Part shown: positions 27,073 to 41,951 of the stretch, piece by piece | Layout of the letters: each line of letters begins with the position of its first letter | Numbering within the stretch: the first letter of the stretch is position 1 | Source of the DNA: Vicugna vicugna | Taxonomy: Eukaryota | DNA: 64,000 nucleotides | NCBI GenBank assembly: GCA_013265495.1 | Contig: MU057666.1 | Coordinates: 73,599-137,598, forward strand | Reading direction: 5' to 3' | Notes under the pieces: generated by a model | The model's input: the letters and a program-made list of their open reading frames with translations, nothing else | Databases searched by the model: none | Told to the model about the DNA's origin: nothing | Program-made: the position numbers and the translations under genes

Positions 27073-27639
27073 CTGGAAAGACAAAAGAAAATTGAAGGTT
27101 AGAACTCCCCCATTACAATAAACTCTGATCCTTCAAAGTTTGGACTTTCAACCTTTTACATTTCAAGAACACATTTAATTTAAGATTGTAAAAGCTGCTT
27201 GGAGAAAAGTAAATACTGATCATTGAAGAGGCTAATCAGAAAAGTCCATTTTATTTTACAACTCCTAATGAAATAATTGATTCAGGCAAAAATTATCAAC
27301 AGATTCCAAATCCATTAAGTGAAAAAGTTAATAAGGAGTAGGGCTTTTGCAAGATGCCAAACTATGACTCTGTAGGTTACTCCCCCAATCACAAACCTGG
27401 GGTTACAACCTTAACCAGGTGGTTATATTACATTACAGGTGTTAGAAAAGCTCACCATTCTGTGCCCTTAACATGATGTGATATTCGATACACTGATGAA
27501 ATATTTCACTTGAATTTAAGCAAACTCTAGTACCTAAATTCTATTTCACAAGAAATACCAGGTAAATTAATTCATGAGGAAACAATCAGATAATTCACAA
27601 TGTGCAACTTTCTACGTCACAACTAGCCTGGTTCTTAAA

Positions 27640-28849
27640 TGCAAAATATAAACAAACGGGATTACGTCAAAATAAAACAGTTTTGCATAGCAAAAGAAAT
27701 GATCAACAAAATGAAAAGGGAATGAGAGGAAACACAATGAGAGGAAACATGTGCAAACACATATCTGATAAAGGGTTAATAGCCAAAAGATATAAAAAAC
27801 TCATACAACACAAAAAGGCCAAATAACCCAATTAAAAATAGGCAAAGGACCTGAACAGACATTTTCCCAAAGAAGACAGGTGGCTAACAGGTACACAAAA
27901 AGCGCTCAATATCACTAATTATCAGGGAATGCCAGTCAAAGTCACAAAGAGATATTACCTGACACCTACTAGCTTGGCTGTTATCAAAAAGGAAGGAGGT
28001 AAGAAGCATTGATTAGGCTGTGGAGAAAAGGGAACCCTTGTGCACTATTGGTGAGAATGTAACTTGTTAAAATCATTATGGAAAAAAGTATGGAAATTCC
28101 TCAAAAAATTAAAGGCCTACCAAATGATGGAGCAATCTCCTTCTGGGTATATATGCATAGGAAATAAAATCAGTATCATGAAGAAATAACTGCACTCGCA
28201 TGTTCATTACAGCATTATTCACAACAGCCAAGATAACAGAAACGACCCAAGTGTCCATCGATGGATGAATGGATAAAGAAAATGTGGTCTGTGTATACAT
28301 ACACACACATAGTTATTAGAATATTATTCAGCTTCCCACACACAAAAGAAATTTCTGTCATTTGTGACAACATGCGTGAACTCAGTGTATATTATGCTAA
28401 GTGAAATAAGTCAGAAAGAATAACACTGCATGATTTTACTTATAGGTGGGATCTAAAAAAGCTTAACTCATAGAAACAGAGAGTAAAAGTGGGGGTTGCG
28501 AGGGGCAGGGGTAGGGCGGGTGGGGAAAGTGGGCAGATGTTGTTCAAAGGGTACAAGCCTTCAGTTTGAGATGAAGAAGCTCTAGGGATCTGGCGTACAA
28601 CATGGTGACTATACTTAGTAATACTGTATAGTACACTTGAAATTTGTTGAGACAGTAGATCTAAAATGTTCTCATTACCCCCCTCCCATACACACACAGG
28701 TAACTAAGTGAAGTGATAAATGTGTCAATTAGCTCAACAGTGGTAATAATCTCATAACGTACACATATATCAAATCACGTCATACAATTCAAATACATAC
28801 AGTTTTTATATATTAATTATAACTCAATCAAGCTGGAAAAAAGAAAAAA
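27640..28849 (+). mobile_element. L1MA/L1MB-type 3' fragment (ORF2 end and 3'UTR) within older L1M remnants
   Basis: ORF2-like KHISDKGLI..YKKL; aagtgtccatcgatggatgaatggataaagaaaatgtgg; ends aagctggaaaaaagaaaaaa. Confidence 0.8.
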
Positions 28850-31800
28850 GGGTGGGGAGGGGACTTAAGAGACAACAAAGTTACTGTGAGTTCTTTCATT
28901 AGATCCTCTTTTTTGGTTTTTGTAAAAAACCTGGTAAAAAATACATATTTTGAATAACTGGAAATCCAAATGTGTACTGAAAAAATATATTATTAAGGAA
29001 TTGTTCATTTTGTTAGGAGTGATAATAGCATTATACTTACATGGGAGAATGTTTTAATCTTTGTAGATGCATGCTGAAGTATTAAGAGAAGTAAAGATGT
29101 AATTTTCTTTCAAATGATTCATCAAAAATTATACATATACAAAAAAGCAATTTTGTGAAAATGTTAATAACTGTTGAATCCAGATGGGAGTTATATGGGT
29201 TATTCGCATATATTTTTTTGCTTTTCTGCATATTTAAAATTTTTCATAATATAAAGTTAAAGAAAATATTTCTCTTTTTTTCTAGGTGCCAACATTCCAG
29301 TGGAAAGTAGACTTTTAATATCAAACCATTCTTATTCCTGTTTAATTGGTTTACACATAGTAGCTCAATTTTTGCTCAGTGCATTAGTGAATAAATTATT
29401 CCCAAAGCTCCTAATTAAGTTTTTATCTTTAATAAATATTTACACATCCATTCATTTTTTTTATTCAACAAATATAATGCAGTCATCAGATTCCCAGTTT
29501 CCCAATAAGATGATCCTTAAGTGTTTTGACCACTTGGAATGTATAACTTTTAGTGATTTAGGGGAAATTGTCAAATGTCTACTCATACTTACTTTAATAA
29601 TTTAGCTTACACATGAATTTTTAGAATGATGCATTATATAAAATCATGCCAATTAGAAATACTGCTTTCCCCACTCTCATACTGTAAGCGCCATTTGATT
29701 CCACCAACAGTTTTCTAGACTGTATTGCTTTCATTCCTCCACACTGTTTGAGATGCAGTATTTTTGGAACCTCTTTGTGACTTAGTCACTGGAAGTTCTA
29801 TCACAAGCCACAAAATATGTGGTAATCAAAAAAAAATCTATCTGGTAGATGAATATTTTTAATCTACATGTTTTTAAAACAATTTCAAAAACTCATTTTA
29901 TAATGACATTTTACACTTGAATTGTTAAGTTAAACCTCACAAAATATTATCAAATCTTATTAAAATTCCTTGACTCCTTATTTATCCATTATACCAGGTT
30001 ACTCTCTAGACAAGCCACACTAACATTAACGGATGTTGCTTTTGTCTAATGTGTCTTCCCCAAATGCTACCTGGTGGTTTAGAATGATGAAAATGAGAAA
30101 GCATTGCTTAATGTGAAGTCTTGAAGGGAAGGTGAAGGAAAGGTTATAACAAATGCTGTGTATTTGGGAATATAGGCCACTTACTGGATGTCTTCCATGA
30201 ACTGGCAACGTGTTAGTTTCCAGTATGAACAAGACAGACCCCGTCCCTGCTTCTGACTTCTTGACCTCCCTCCAGGTCCTCACACCGGTCCTGTAGGTCT
30301 GATGGATGGCGATCTTTGTATTCTAGTGCCAAGCTTTGGCTCCCTTTCTTGGTTCTGTTCTGTGCATGACCTTTGGACCACAGCTGTCTCCAGCATTCTT
30401 GGTTACCTCCTGATCCAGTTAAAATCCACCTCCTGGTTCTTTCCACATCTGTGCAAGGGGCTTCCTTACTTCCTATATGTGTCCAGACTCTAACAAAAAG
30501 GACTGAGATCCTCACGAAAAAGATGTGATAAAATGTTGTAACTGGTTAGGTGTGAGGTCAAGGAAGAGGATATAGAAGTATTTTTGAAGAGCATCATTGT
30601 AATGTTGGTCAGAAGAAAGAGGGACTTAGAAGGAGGACTGCTTACAAGGGGGAAGATGAGAATGCATGAGACCTGCTGAGTTGGAGTCGTGATTGCTCAC
30701 ATAAGTGGATACGTTTGCTGGGCAGTTACAGATGCAGGAAGTAAGAGAGGCCTCACTGAAATACAAGATCTGGGCCTCAATGACTCTGAGGCCCAGTGTG
30801 CACCACAGTTGAAGGTGAATGTGATAAAGCACAAAATAAAAAGAGCAGGAAGCTTCAGGACTCCCCCCTTGTAAGGGAGCCATAGACAAAGGGTGAGTGA
30901 AGGCTGCCCAGGGTGGGTGACTTCAGAACCCTGACTTAGCCCCTCACCCAAATTAACCCCTTTGGCTGACATAGAGGATGGCGAAGTCCCATTGGCACAC
31001 GTGGAAGAGAAACTTGCAGGACATTCAAGGCCATCCTAGGAGGCTCAGCGGGTTCTCCTTTTTCCCTTCCCTGGCCCTATATCTACTTCAGAGCTCCATA
31101 TGTGGCCAAATCAAGCAGGGCATCTCCCCTGAAATCTATGGGAACTTTCTGCTTGCATTGGCTCTGAGGCAAACCTGTGCTGTATGTAACAGACTGTCTA
31201 CAGATGCAAATCAGACCCTCAGTTGGGTGCATAAGCTGGGCCTGTGTAACTATTTCTTTTTCTTTTGTTGCCCCATGACTTGTTCTGGAAGATAGTTATA
31301 TCACATAGGAGAATTTTCCAACAATGTCCATTAACCCAAATCAATATCTACTTTACTCACTCTTCTATAACTATATTATTTTAAATTTAATGTGATGTAA
31401 TTTTATTTGGCAGAGAGAAAATGAGATGCCTTCATGGAGATCAAAGCTATTTGGAAATCACAGGTCTTTCTTAACTGAGGAAAAGTGACTCATTTACCAT
31501 ATGTCTTTATTTAAAACTGATGTCAGTCACACCTCTTGAGAAGAATTTCTCAATCTGGAGTTGGATAGTTCTTTTAAACTATGAGATTTAGTCCTATCAA
31601 AGTCAGTGAAGCCTAAATCTTCTTGATAAGTTTGCTGGCCGAGGCCAACACAGCACGGTGATCTCTAACACTCTTCCTTTCTTTGTTCTGTCTACCAGTA
31701 ATTCATTTTTCCTTCCATGTTCTATTTTTAATTTCAGAGTCTTGAAAATGAATCGATCCTGAGCCCCATTCATTCCCAGGGTGCCTGGTCATCTGGGACA

Positions 31801-34800
31801 CTGTGACACCCCAGGGATGTGTTTACTTCCTGCATTCATGACACATCTAGACATACACAGGGTGTTGGGATGTGCTGGGAGGACCATTACTCTTCCATTC
31901 AAATTAGCCAGTCTTTTACTGGCTGCCTATTTTTACTGCCCTAGGTTAACGTTAGAGGGGACATGAAATCAATTAATATGGTTTCTTTCTCCCAGAGCTG
32001 ATAGTGTAACGGTGTATGTGGTGGGAGGAAGGGAGCAGTGTAAATGACCATAACACAGAGCAAAAATAGACGTCCCAAAAGTAACACAAATGGAGGGACC
32101 ATATCCCATTGGGTGATCAGGATTGGCTTCCTGAAGGAGGTGGCATTTGATCCCAGTCTTGGTGGCGGTAGAGGGTGAGGGTGGAGAGGGCTTAGACAAT
32201 GGGGAGACTGCCTGGGTTCAAATCCTGGCACTTTCACTTGCTGACTCTATGACCTTATAAAAGTCACTTAATTTCTCTTGCCCTCAAATGCCGCAAGTGT
32301 AAAATGGAGCAAATAAGGTTCTTTTGAAAATGAAATGAAATAATATATGCAAAGTACCTCCCCCAGAATAAATACTCATTAAATGTTCTGATTTTCATGA
32401 AATCTTCTGAGATGATAGATGAAACTCTTAGAATAGATGCTGCCACTTTTAGAGAAAGGGAAAGAAGAGAAAGAATATGTCTAGAGCCTTGGCCAATACT
32501 TACACATCTGGAGAAGCAGGAGAATGAGGACCCACTGGGAGACAGAGTGAGAGGGGAGGAAGAGGTGAGTAAAAGGCATGGACGGGGGGCTGAGACGATG
32601 AGATTGAGAAAGCCCATCGTGTATGAGGACTCTCATGAGAAAACACCAAGTGATGTTATCAGCTCTTTTTCCCAGTGGGTTTATCAGACAGCAGGGATTT
32701 AAGAAGAAAGGGAGTGTGGAGACAATGGAACAGGGAGTTGTGACTACTCATTAAACAAGTGAGTTGATGAAAGTGAGGTAGAGAGAAGGTGGGGGATTTA
32801 GATACTTATAGTGGGGGACGCATGTTTGGAAACAAAGGAACACTGAGCATATTTAGGAACTGAAGAAAGTATTCAATAGATTAGGGTAATGGGATAAAGG
32901 TCAGAGGTGACGTAATTCCTGGAACAAGGGCCCTGAGGGAAGTGGGATGAATAGCCCATGTGATTATTCTCACCATCATGCCACAGATGGCCTCAGTAGC
33001 ATTTCCCCGCCCAGAACTTGAAAAGCTTGTGCTGAAGACCACTGTTCTGTTCTAGTTCATCGGGGCAGGATAAAAAGGGATGAGCAAATCTGCAAACAAG
33101 TTCATTCTGCAGATTAATCACCCATTCACCAGCCAATTCTTGTTTTCAGACTGAGGTCACCTGTGTGACATGGCACATCCGCCTATGCTGTTGGGTTGAT
33201 CTATGGAAAGAAAAGCTAAGGTGAGAATGTAGAGGCTTTCAGGCTTTTGTCACTACAAGAGTAGGATGTTTGGGAATAAGGCAGCCCCTGTGATAATGAA
33301 GTGCTGAAGGTTGAAACCTAGAGCACTGGAGGTAAGGAGAGGGCCACCTTCCTTTCTGAAGTGGAATGAATACAGAATGTTCCACATTTTGAGAGTCGGG
33401 AAGATACTACTCTAAGGTCTCCTGGGAAGAACACAAACTTCCAAGGATACTGGCATTCTGCAAATGAGTATCTACACTGAAGTTGTTAGATTTTTAACAG
33501 GGAAATGGAACCACCATGAGTAATACAGAATATGAGACCTTTCTAGAGATTATGTTGTACAAACATAACTGGCACAAATGATAAAAATATAACCATTTAA
33601 AATATCAGAGCATTGTCTTAAGGGCACACAGCACATGAAGAAACATTTATTGAAGAAAATCTGTTAAGTATTGAAAACAACTTGCAGCCCCTGTGGATCT
33701 GGAGCCATGACTCTCCCTCCCCCACCTCCACTCACTCAGCATGGCAGAAGTTCCACTCTGTCCAGGTATGGTCACAAAGATGGGGCTCAACTCCCCCAGC
33801 TCCATTCCAGGACTATGCTGTTTCCTTGAGAGGAGTAAGCCATAACCTCCATGCAAGCATGACTGAAAGACTGGGGGCTCACTCCCTTTACTCAACACCC
33901 ACTTTTAGGGCAGAGGCACTACTCCAGGCATGGCATGCTGAGAATACTGGGGCTTCAGTTGCCCTTGCCCCAGCTCACCAGTAGGGTGGAGATTCCATGC
34001 TGGAATAGGAAGGGCGGGAAGGCCAAAGGGTACTTCCCTACCCAGAGCTGGTATGTCCCCCTAGAGAAGCAGGACGCTGACCTTCCCCCAGCTCTGAAGC
34101 AGAACATGAGAATTTCAAAAGTAAGTTCCCTGCCTGCTAGCTGGATTAGACTAAAGACCAAAGTGGAAAATGGCTCTTGATCCCTTTGGACTTATAGGTG
34201 TACAACAGGAGAGTTTCACAAGTGAGGCAGTCTTCTACTAAACTATTCCTTTACCTCATTAGATGCCAATTCATATATTATTCAGTTCTTTTATCTAGAG
34301 ATTAAACTGTTCAATGTTGGGTGAATGGTTTTGTAACATCTTTCAACCATTAAAACTATATGTGAAACCCCACAAGAGAAACCAAAAGGTCAAAAATCAT
34401 TGAATGGTATATATGTCAGAGTTGTGTCTTTCATTATATGCAAATTTTGCCTCAAAAGAAGAAAAAAAAACAGAACTATGGGCAAATATTGAAGCCTGGT
34501 TAATGACATTCATGTGGAAAAGTTTGAGGGTGAAGTGTATTACTTTTTCCTCTTTCTTCAAAGTGTACTAAACATATGGCTTGATGGCTGGCTAGAGGAA
34601 GGAACAGACAGACATGTGATGAAATAAACATAGAGAAATGTTAATTGTAGAATCTAGGTGGTAGGAATATAAGTAATCACTGAAGAACTCTTAATTTTTC
34701 TGTAAGTTGGCAAATAGTCACAATAAAATGTTTGAAGAAAAGGCATTTTTTCTAGTGATAAAAATACAGACCCTAGGCCATCTGTACTACTAACTAGAAG

Positions 34801-35589
34801 TTTAATCTCAGGCAAACTGACTTAACCTTTGTATGAACAGTTGTCTCATAAAAAAATGAGGACAGGAACAGTATCAAACACATGCATTCGTAAGGATCAC
34901 GTAAGTTTGTATTTATAAAAGTTTTAGCATAGAGTATGATACAAAAGTTTATTAAACAAAATTTAAAAATTAATCTCATATTCAGGGTCATGGGTGGGAA
35001 AGCAGATTATAATGAATTTTATTGGACACTCAACCCTGAGAATGCAGAATTTTATTATGACTAGATGACAGGTTTACATAGCCCGGGGTATTAGTCATTT
35101 ATTTCCCCTCTAATCCAGGCACACTTCATCTCTTGCTAAGAGACAGTAGAACCATTGGGATAAATCAATAATATTTAATTCAAATTTTCATTTTCTTCCA
35201 AAAGTTCCACTTGCTTAAAGCATGTTCCTTGACTATAGGCTTGGCATATACAAAATATCTGGATATCGATATAAAACCATGTAGCTACCTGGTCACACAA
35301 AATAGTCTAGTGATTTAGTGATTTTTAAAAAGAAGGCAGTGAGTAGTGGTCATGTTCTCCAACAAAGGATAGGAAACCTTCAATTACTAATTAATTAAAT
35401 TACTAATTAATTAATATATCAATTCGTCAGATGTTAGAAGTCTACAAGAAGCCCGTGTATCATATGAGCACAGCCTTTTCAGTCTTTTAAAGAACCAGGC
35501 CTGCGGACAGCAAATGGCAATTTAAACAACAAACAAAACAAGCTGAAATCAGAGTTCTTACAAACAACAGATTAGTAAGAACAGATGGA

Positions 35590-37400
35590 CTTTATTCATT
35601 CTACAAGTACTACTGAGCAGCTATGTGCAGACTCTGGTCTAGGCTCTGGGGATTCAGTGGTCAGTAAGATAGAAACCTCTGCTCACAATCTAGAGCCAAA
35701 GGCAGACAACAGATGGAAATAAGTTAATGTATGCACGTGTGTGTGCACATGTGTATGTGCGTGTGTGTGTGTAAATAGTATTAAATACTAAAGGAAACAA
35801 GCAGGAAAGAGAGCTGGAAGCAAGGAGGTTTGCAATTTTCATTGGATTGTGAGTTTAATCTCACAAAGAAGGTAGCATCTGAGAAAGGACTTGAAAGGAG
35901 GGAGGCACAGGCACTGGGAAGTCTGGGAATTGCAAACGTGAAACAAGTGCAGCGTCCCCAGGTGGGAGGATGCAGGGTTGAGGGCGCTAGTGTGGCTGGA
36001 ATACAGGGAGCACCGGGAAAGAGCAGGAGGTGAGTCAGAGGACCAAGCCACAGGGCCTTGAGGCCATTGAAAGGATTTGAGGTTTTATTCTGACTGAAAT
36101 GGAAGCCATGGGAAAGATTCGGGCAGAAGAGTGAGATCTCGATGTCATTTCAGCAGGGTTACACAGGCTGCTGTGTTGAGAGAGTCTTGCTGGTGGTAGC
36201 GGAGGGGCGGGCGGAGGTGGAGGTGGAGGTGGGGTATGGCCAGATTAACATGTTCATGGATTCTTTAATCATAGTCCCACTGAGAGGTGGGATGATTCCA
36301 TCCCCCAGAGGTGGTTGGCTTGTTTGGAGCTGCTTCAACCTATAGAGCAGGGTGGACGTGAAGCTGACCTCTGAGGCTAAGTTATAAAGGGCCTGGAGAC
36401 CTCCACTTTATTTACTAGAAAACCCTCGAGGAGCCCTCCCTGCTGAAGAGGCCACGCGGGGCACACAGTCCACAGTCCGGGCTTGTCCTGTTTCTCACCC
36501 ATCCCAGCCTGGGTGCCAGACATAAGGGTGAGGAAGCCATCTTGCAGGCAAATCCTCCTGGTTCAGCCATTCAAAGCCAAGACAACTGAGACCCCAGATA
36601 TCATGGAACAGGGAAGAGCTGTCCCACTGTCCCACTGTTTGTTCTGAATTCCTGCACAGCAGAACCCATGAGCATAACAAAGTGGTAGTTGTTTAATGCC
36701 GCTCTGAGCTGGGATGGGTTGTTATGCAGCAATGAGTAACTGGGGCACCAGGAGGAGGAGTGAGGCTCCCGTAACAATCAAGGTGAGAGGTAGTGGTGGC
36801 TGAGACCAGAGTTGCTGCTGTGGGGAAGGTGAGGAATGGTCATATTTGGGAGGTGCCTAAAGGTAGGATCATGGATTGGTGACTCACTGAATGTAGAATG
36901 AAAGAGAGACATCATGAGCCATGCCCAGGTTTTTGGTGTGAGCCCCTGGAAGCATAGCATTGTTATTTATTGAGATGGGAAAAACTATAAGGGAAGCAGG
37001 TTTGGGACAGAGGGAGGGGGTATCTGGAGGTCCAGTGTTCAACTGCTGATGCCTTTTGATCATCCAAGTGGAAAGATCAAGTAGGCAGCTGGAAATGACA
37101 TATGTGTATATATACATGTGTATATTATATATATAACATATAGTGATGAGTGAGACAAGGTCAGATCATCATGAGAGATATACAGTTAGAAAAGAGAAAG
37201 GGTACAAGGACTGACAATAGGTCACTCCATTGTTAAAGGTCAAGGAGATGAGGAAAACCAGGAATAGAAACTGCAGAGGAACGGCTAGTGATATAGCAGG
37301 GTCATAACCTGGAAGCCAAGAGAAGGTGCTTTAAGGAGGAGGAGTGATGACTTGTGTCAAGTGCTACTGACAGGCCAAGAGAAATGAGGACTGAGGTGGG
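35590..37400 (-). mobile_element. L2 LINE, interrupted by a MaLR LTR
   Basis: Purine-rich L2 antisense hallmarks (cattcta..tactgagcagctatgtgcagactctg; gagatgggaaaaact; catccaagtggaaaga..aggcagctgga). Confidence 0.6.
36235..36748 (+). mobile_element. MLT1-family (ERVL-MaLR) LTR
   Basis: Ends ctgaattcctgcacagcagaacccatgagcataacaaagtggtagttgtttaa..ggttgttatgcagcaa..taactgg, an MLT1 3' terminus. Confidence 0.7.
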
Positions 37401-39798
37401 CTTTAAGACCGTCACTTACTGAGTGCCTATTATATGCCAGGCGTTGTCCTGAACACTCATCTATAATAGCAGTAGAGGAGGAAGAGAGAGTTGCAGGCTA
37501 ACTTTAATTGATAATAGCTGCCATTTATTGGGTATCTACTCTACATGTGATAGCTATTGGGAGCCTTACATATGCAATCTCATTTAATCTTCACCTTGCC
37601 TTGTGAGGTATATGGATCAGAGATATGAAGCTACCTTCCTGATGCAGCACAGCTAGTAAAGGGCAAAGCTAAAACTCAAACCCAGTTCTAGCCAATGTCA
37701 AAACTTGTGGTCTTTTGGCTATCATTTTCCCTTAAGCAGTTCTTTGGGAAATCCTGAGGGGTTCTGGGGTGTGAAAAGCCATCCCGAAAGAAATATTTTT
37801 CTATGGAGTTCAAGTTTAACTAAAGGTTTTAAGGGAGGATATAAAAGTAGCTTTATAGTAAAAGAAACATGAATGTATTATAAACTGGAATACAGAATTC
37901 TAATACAAATCTTTAAATAAATGAGTAACACATGTGGGCTTATTGTCTGAGTCACTTTGGCTAATGTGTGGGTTTCTCTCCTTGGTACATCAGCTTATGA
38001 ATTTATCTTCTCTGGAAACGGTGATTTGCTGCTTTTTCTAACTGGGTTGTGAGAGCTGAGATTTTTAACCTGGGGAGCCCAGAAAGTCTGGAAAGACATG
38101 GACCCTCTACATGGAAAATTTTGTAACACAGACAGACTCATTTTTCTATGGCAGCGCCTATCAGCTTCTCAAAGGACCTTTGACTTCCAAAAGCTAAGCT
38201 TCACATGGCAGAGGAAGAACAGCCAGGGATGGCTTGGAGGTAACAGGGCAATCATGACTTGCATGTGGCCATCCTCCCGGGCAACTTTTGAAGGCCCAGT
38301 TGTACCACATCTGGAGAACAATAATGGTGACCAAGCTACACAAATCCATCGTCTAACAAAAGGTTTGTGTGTCACTTCCTATGAGGTTAAACGAATGAAG
38401 TTTGAGCAGTAAAACAGTGCAGTTCTTTGACAATTTTGCACCTAATATTTGAAATCAGGGCTAGTCAGGGAAACCTAGTACAAGTGGTCGGTCATAACTG
38501 TTCCTTAAACTTGCACACTCCAGGATCATGTATTCATACAACCGTTCAGGGAAATGAAGATGTAAGACATATCTATTGCTTTTAAAAAATATAAAGTCTG
38601 AATTAAGAAGGTCCAAATTCCCTGAATCATTCTTTCTAAATGTGTATAAGAAAATAGAACCTTACTTATCATCTCTTGTTTTTCTCACCCTGTTTGCCTA
38701 TAGTTCAGAGATGACAGATTTCTGGCTGGAAGCAATGTCTCCTTGAAATCTACACAATTGGAATTTTGAAAGATTAGATGTAAACACCTAAAAATCCCAT
38801 CCCATCTAGATTTTCAGCTTCTTGTGAAAATTAAAAGATCTGTCAACACGGAGCCTGAGTTCCCTCAGGTGACAATGAGCTTTGTTCAGGTAAACCCATT
38901 CTTACCACTTCCTGCTGTCCACACCTGGCCCTGCCAGCCTTCTAAGGCATTTGTAATCTCAGCCTCTGCTGCAATCAAATGATCTTCAATGTGGCAAAAC
39001 TCTTGAATGGGACAGATAAAGGAGACTGTGGAGAACAATTCTGAATACTTCCTGGAGCTATGCTCATAGTGTTTGTTTGGTTGTTTTCTTCCCCAAATGT
39101 TTAATCTAAAGTGTGAATTAGCAAGCCAATGACTGTTTCTAATATGGTGGCAACCATGTCTTCTCACACAAATTTACAAGTTGGTAAATTTTAGAATTCC
39201 AGGAAAACTACATTAGTTCAGGCCAAATGAGACAGAGGTGAAAAATTTTAGTAAAATATTCAATTAAGTCTATTTCAAAATAAATTTAGTGGATTCCTTG
39301 AGAATAATTAAGTCAATGTCAGTCTACCTCTAATAGTGTTTCTGAAGAGAAACAAAGAGCTAAAATTAATTTAAAATTGATATTTACAAATTTACAAGCA
39401 GCTAAAATTAATTTCTAATAAGTGATATACTTAAACACAAGTATTCATTTAATGTACAAATTATCTGAAAACACACACAGCTTCTTTGCTATTTCTCCAT
39501 GGATAACATAAGTTGCCATCCTCCTCAGACTGCATAATCACACAGACTTGACAGCACTCAAATGATCGAACTTTTGCAGTGCTGATACTTGAGTTCATTG
39601 TATTTGACTAGACCAGACACTCATCTTAAGCAAACAGGCTTTATGCAAAACACAAAATAGAACAGAAGCATAAAGCACAGGGAAAGGCATCTTCGGAAAA
39701 CAAACTGTCTCCTCAAAACGTAAACCTCAGCACTGAAAATGGTTATAAGGAGTTTGCAAACTGATTTTCTAGACATTTTTAATGAAATAGAATAGCTA

Positions 39799-40120
39799 TG
39801 TGTTCGCTTACTTATTGCTGCTTAACAGACCACCACCATATTTAGAAGAATAATTTGCTTAAGAATCTGTAATGTGGGCGGGGCTCAGTGGGGAAGTCTC
39901 AGTTAGAGCAGACAGAGCTCCAGGCTGAAGGACCCATTTCTTAGACAGCTGACTCGCACAGCACACAAGCTGGCGCTGCATCTCAGCTAGGAGCACAGCA
40001 AGGACACTTTGTTTCTCTACTTGGGCTTCTCCTGGGCACCTTGGGCTTCCTTCAAACCTGGTGGCTGGGTTCCAAGAGTGAGTGCTCTAAGAGGACTAGG
40101 TTTAAACTGCAAGGTTTTAG
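39799..40120 (-). mobile_element. MLT1-family LTR fragment
   Basis: tattgctgcttaaca..accacc..gaatctg..tgggcggggctcag..gctgggttccaagag resembles antisense MLT1. Confidence 0.45.
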
Positions 40121-41786
40121 GTCAAGATCTAGTTTGTTTAAGGTCCCCAAAGCAAAATGAACTAAAACCAGTGACTAAGGATCATGATAGTAAAGACAAC
40201 TACATCCACATCACAGGAGAGAAAACGGGCCTCTGTCTGTCTGACTAAACTAAAAACAGCAGGGTTTCATCTTTCCAGAAAATATTTTCTAAGCCATAAT
40301 TGAGGCTCTCAGTGGAGGCCAGTTTCAACTCAGGAATACCTAAATATATCTGAGCCAACAGGCTCTGGATGTCCTTCCAGAAGGAACTGTCAGAAAAGGC
40401 AGCAGTTGCCCTGATACTTCCTGCTGATCCTTGGGAAGCTTCAGTGTCCAAAGTTCCTTACAATCTTGTGGGAGCACTTAGTAATGAGCCTTTAGTATCC
40501 TGGCTTTTGTCCTTACTTAGGAGTGGCTGCAACCATCTAGCTAAGTGTCTGACTCAGACACTGGAAGGTGGTGGCAAAACGAAGATAAAGGAGAGAGGAG
40601 AATGGCTTTGAGAACATCACTACCCAAATGAGAGCCCTCAAGGTCAGAGGAGCTCCAGAGGAGGAGTCGGCCAGTGGCCAGTGTTACGGGCATTTCAAGG
40701 GCAAAGGGTGTCTGCAGTGGCAGTGGTCTGATTCAAAGCAGTGATAGAGAGGTGGTGGGTATTAGCATGGTTGTCCTCATGTGAATGATGAGAGTTCAGG
40801 ACTTTTTCTTCACAGGATACTCTGACTTCCCCTGGTTCTCTGGGCATGGATGAGTGATGGAGCATGGCATGGGTCCCCTGCCCAGCTTCTCAGTTCCACC
40901 AGTGAAGCTACCTGTGTGGCTGTGCCGATCTGCTCCTGGAGCAGGCGAGCTGACCCCAGCTGCGTGGAGCCCAGGGCCTGGGCATCATGTGGGAAGTGGA
41001 GACTGCCTGTTTACCAGTGGCCAGCAGACCAGCTGCCTCTTTGAACGAGCTGGAAACATTTCTCGGGTTCCTCCTCCTCCTCAGAATGTTCCCATCAAAC
41101 ATTCTGTCCCAGCAGGAGCCAAATTTTTTTTTAAAGTATCAAGAGGGGAAACAACTCAAAGACAGGTTCCTGTGTGCAGCCTGTAACAGTAAGCCACCCT
41201 TTCTGGAGTGTCTTAGAAAAGAATGCTTGTGATGTCAAGTTTCAAAGAAAGACTGTGGCCCTAAATCAAGCTGGAAGCTATAACAATGCCCCACTTAACA
41301 CCAAAAAGAAGTCTCTTTTCAAACAGAGAGGCATTCCTCTTGTCCCAGGGGAGATGCCATCCACTCCCCATCCCCCAGGATCTCAGCTGTGTTTACTTTC
41401 ACTTTCTCTTTCTCTTATGAAGCAGGATGAATTCAGTCTGGTGTGATTTCTTGATGGACCAAAGTTTAGCTGAAGGGTTTTAGCCTTCACAACCATGCTC
41501 CCCAAAACACTTGAGAGAAAATAGAAGTCTAGCCAGGATGTGTGCAGCTGAGTGTTTAAGGCTCTCGAGTCTCTGTGTGTCCTTTCTCTCTGAGAGAAGA
41601 CATTCCCTCTTTAAGCCACGCCCAAACTTTCTGGTAGCCAAGAGTTTGAAATTAGCTTAAGTGGTGAATCAAAACACAAAAAAACACTTCCCCAAATGGC
41701 TTTTCAGTTAGGAGAGCTTCAAACAGATTTGCTAAGTAAGACTGAAAAGTTCAGGTCATTGAGAGCAAGGGGGGCCGGGCTCTTAC

Positions 41787-41893
41787 CTGGGCTTCTCTCT
41801 CTGTCCTGTTCCCTGTGCTGTTTTCACTGTGATGCCATCACTCTGACTGTGAAGAGTCCCACTGCAAACAGCACCACCTCCAGGATCAGCCAT
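41787..41893 (-). pseudogene. SPTLC3: SPTLC3 exon 1, coding part (107 nt, frameshifted)
   Basis: ATG at 41893-41891 reads MADPGGGAVCSGTLHSQSDG. The donor CAG|gtaaga is at 41786-41781. The homologous end (SENSTGNRTEREAQ) is in a different frame, and 107 is not a multiple of 3. Confidence 0.88.
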
Positions 41894-41951
41894 TTGTGTG
41901 AAATGATGGATCTGGTAGGTTTTCCTCCAGAGGCTCTTGATAAGCTCTAGT

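Noticed and set aside
18456..41893. Exon 1 (-1) and exon 3 (-2) frameshifts compensating each other to restore the frame
   Set aside because: The shifted frame hits TAA in exon 2 (26999-26997) before reaching the second indel.
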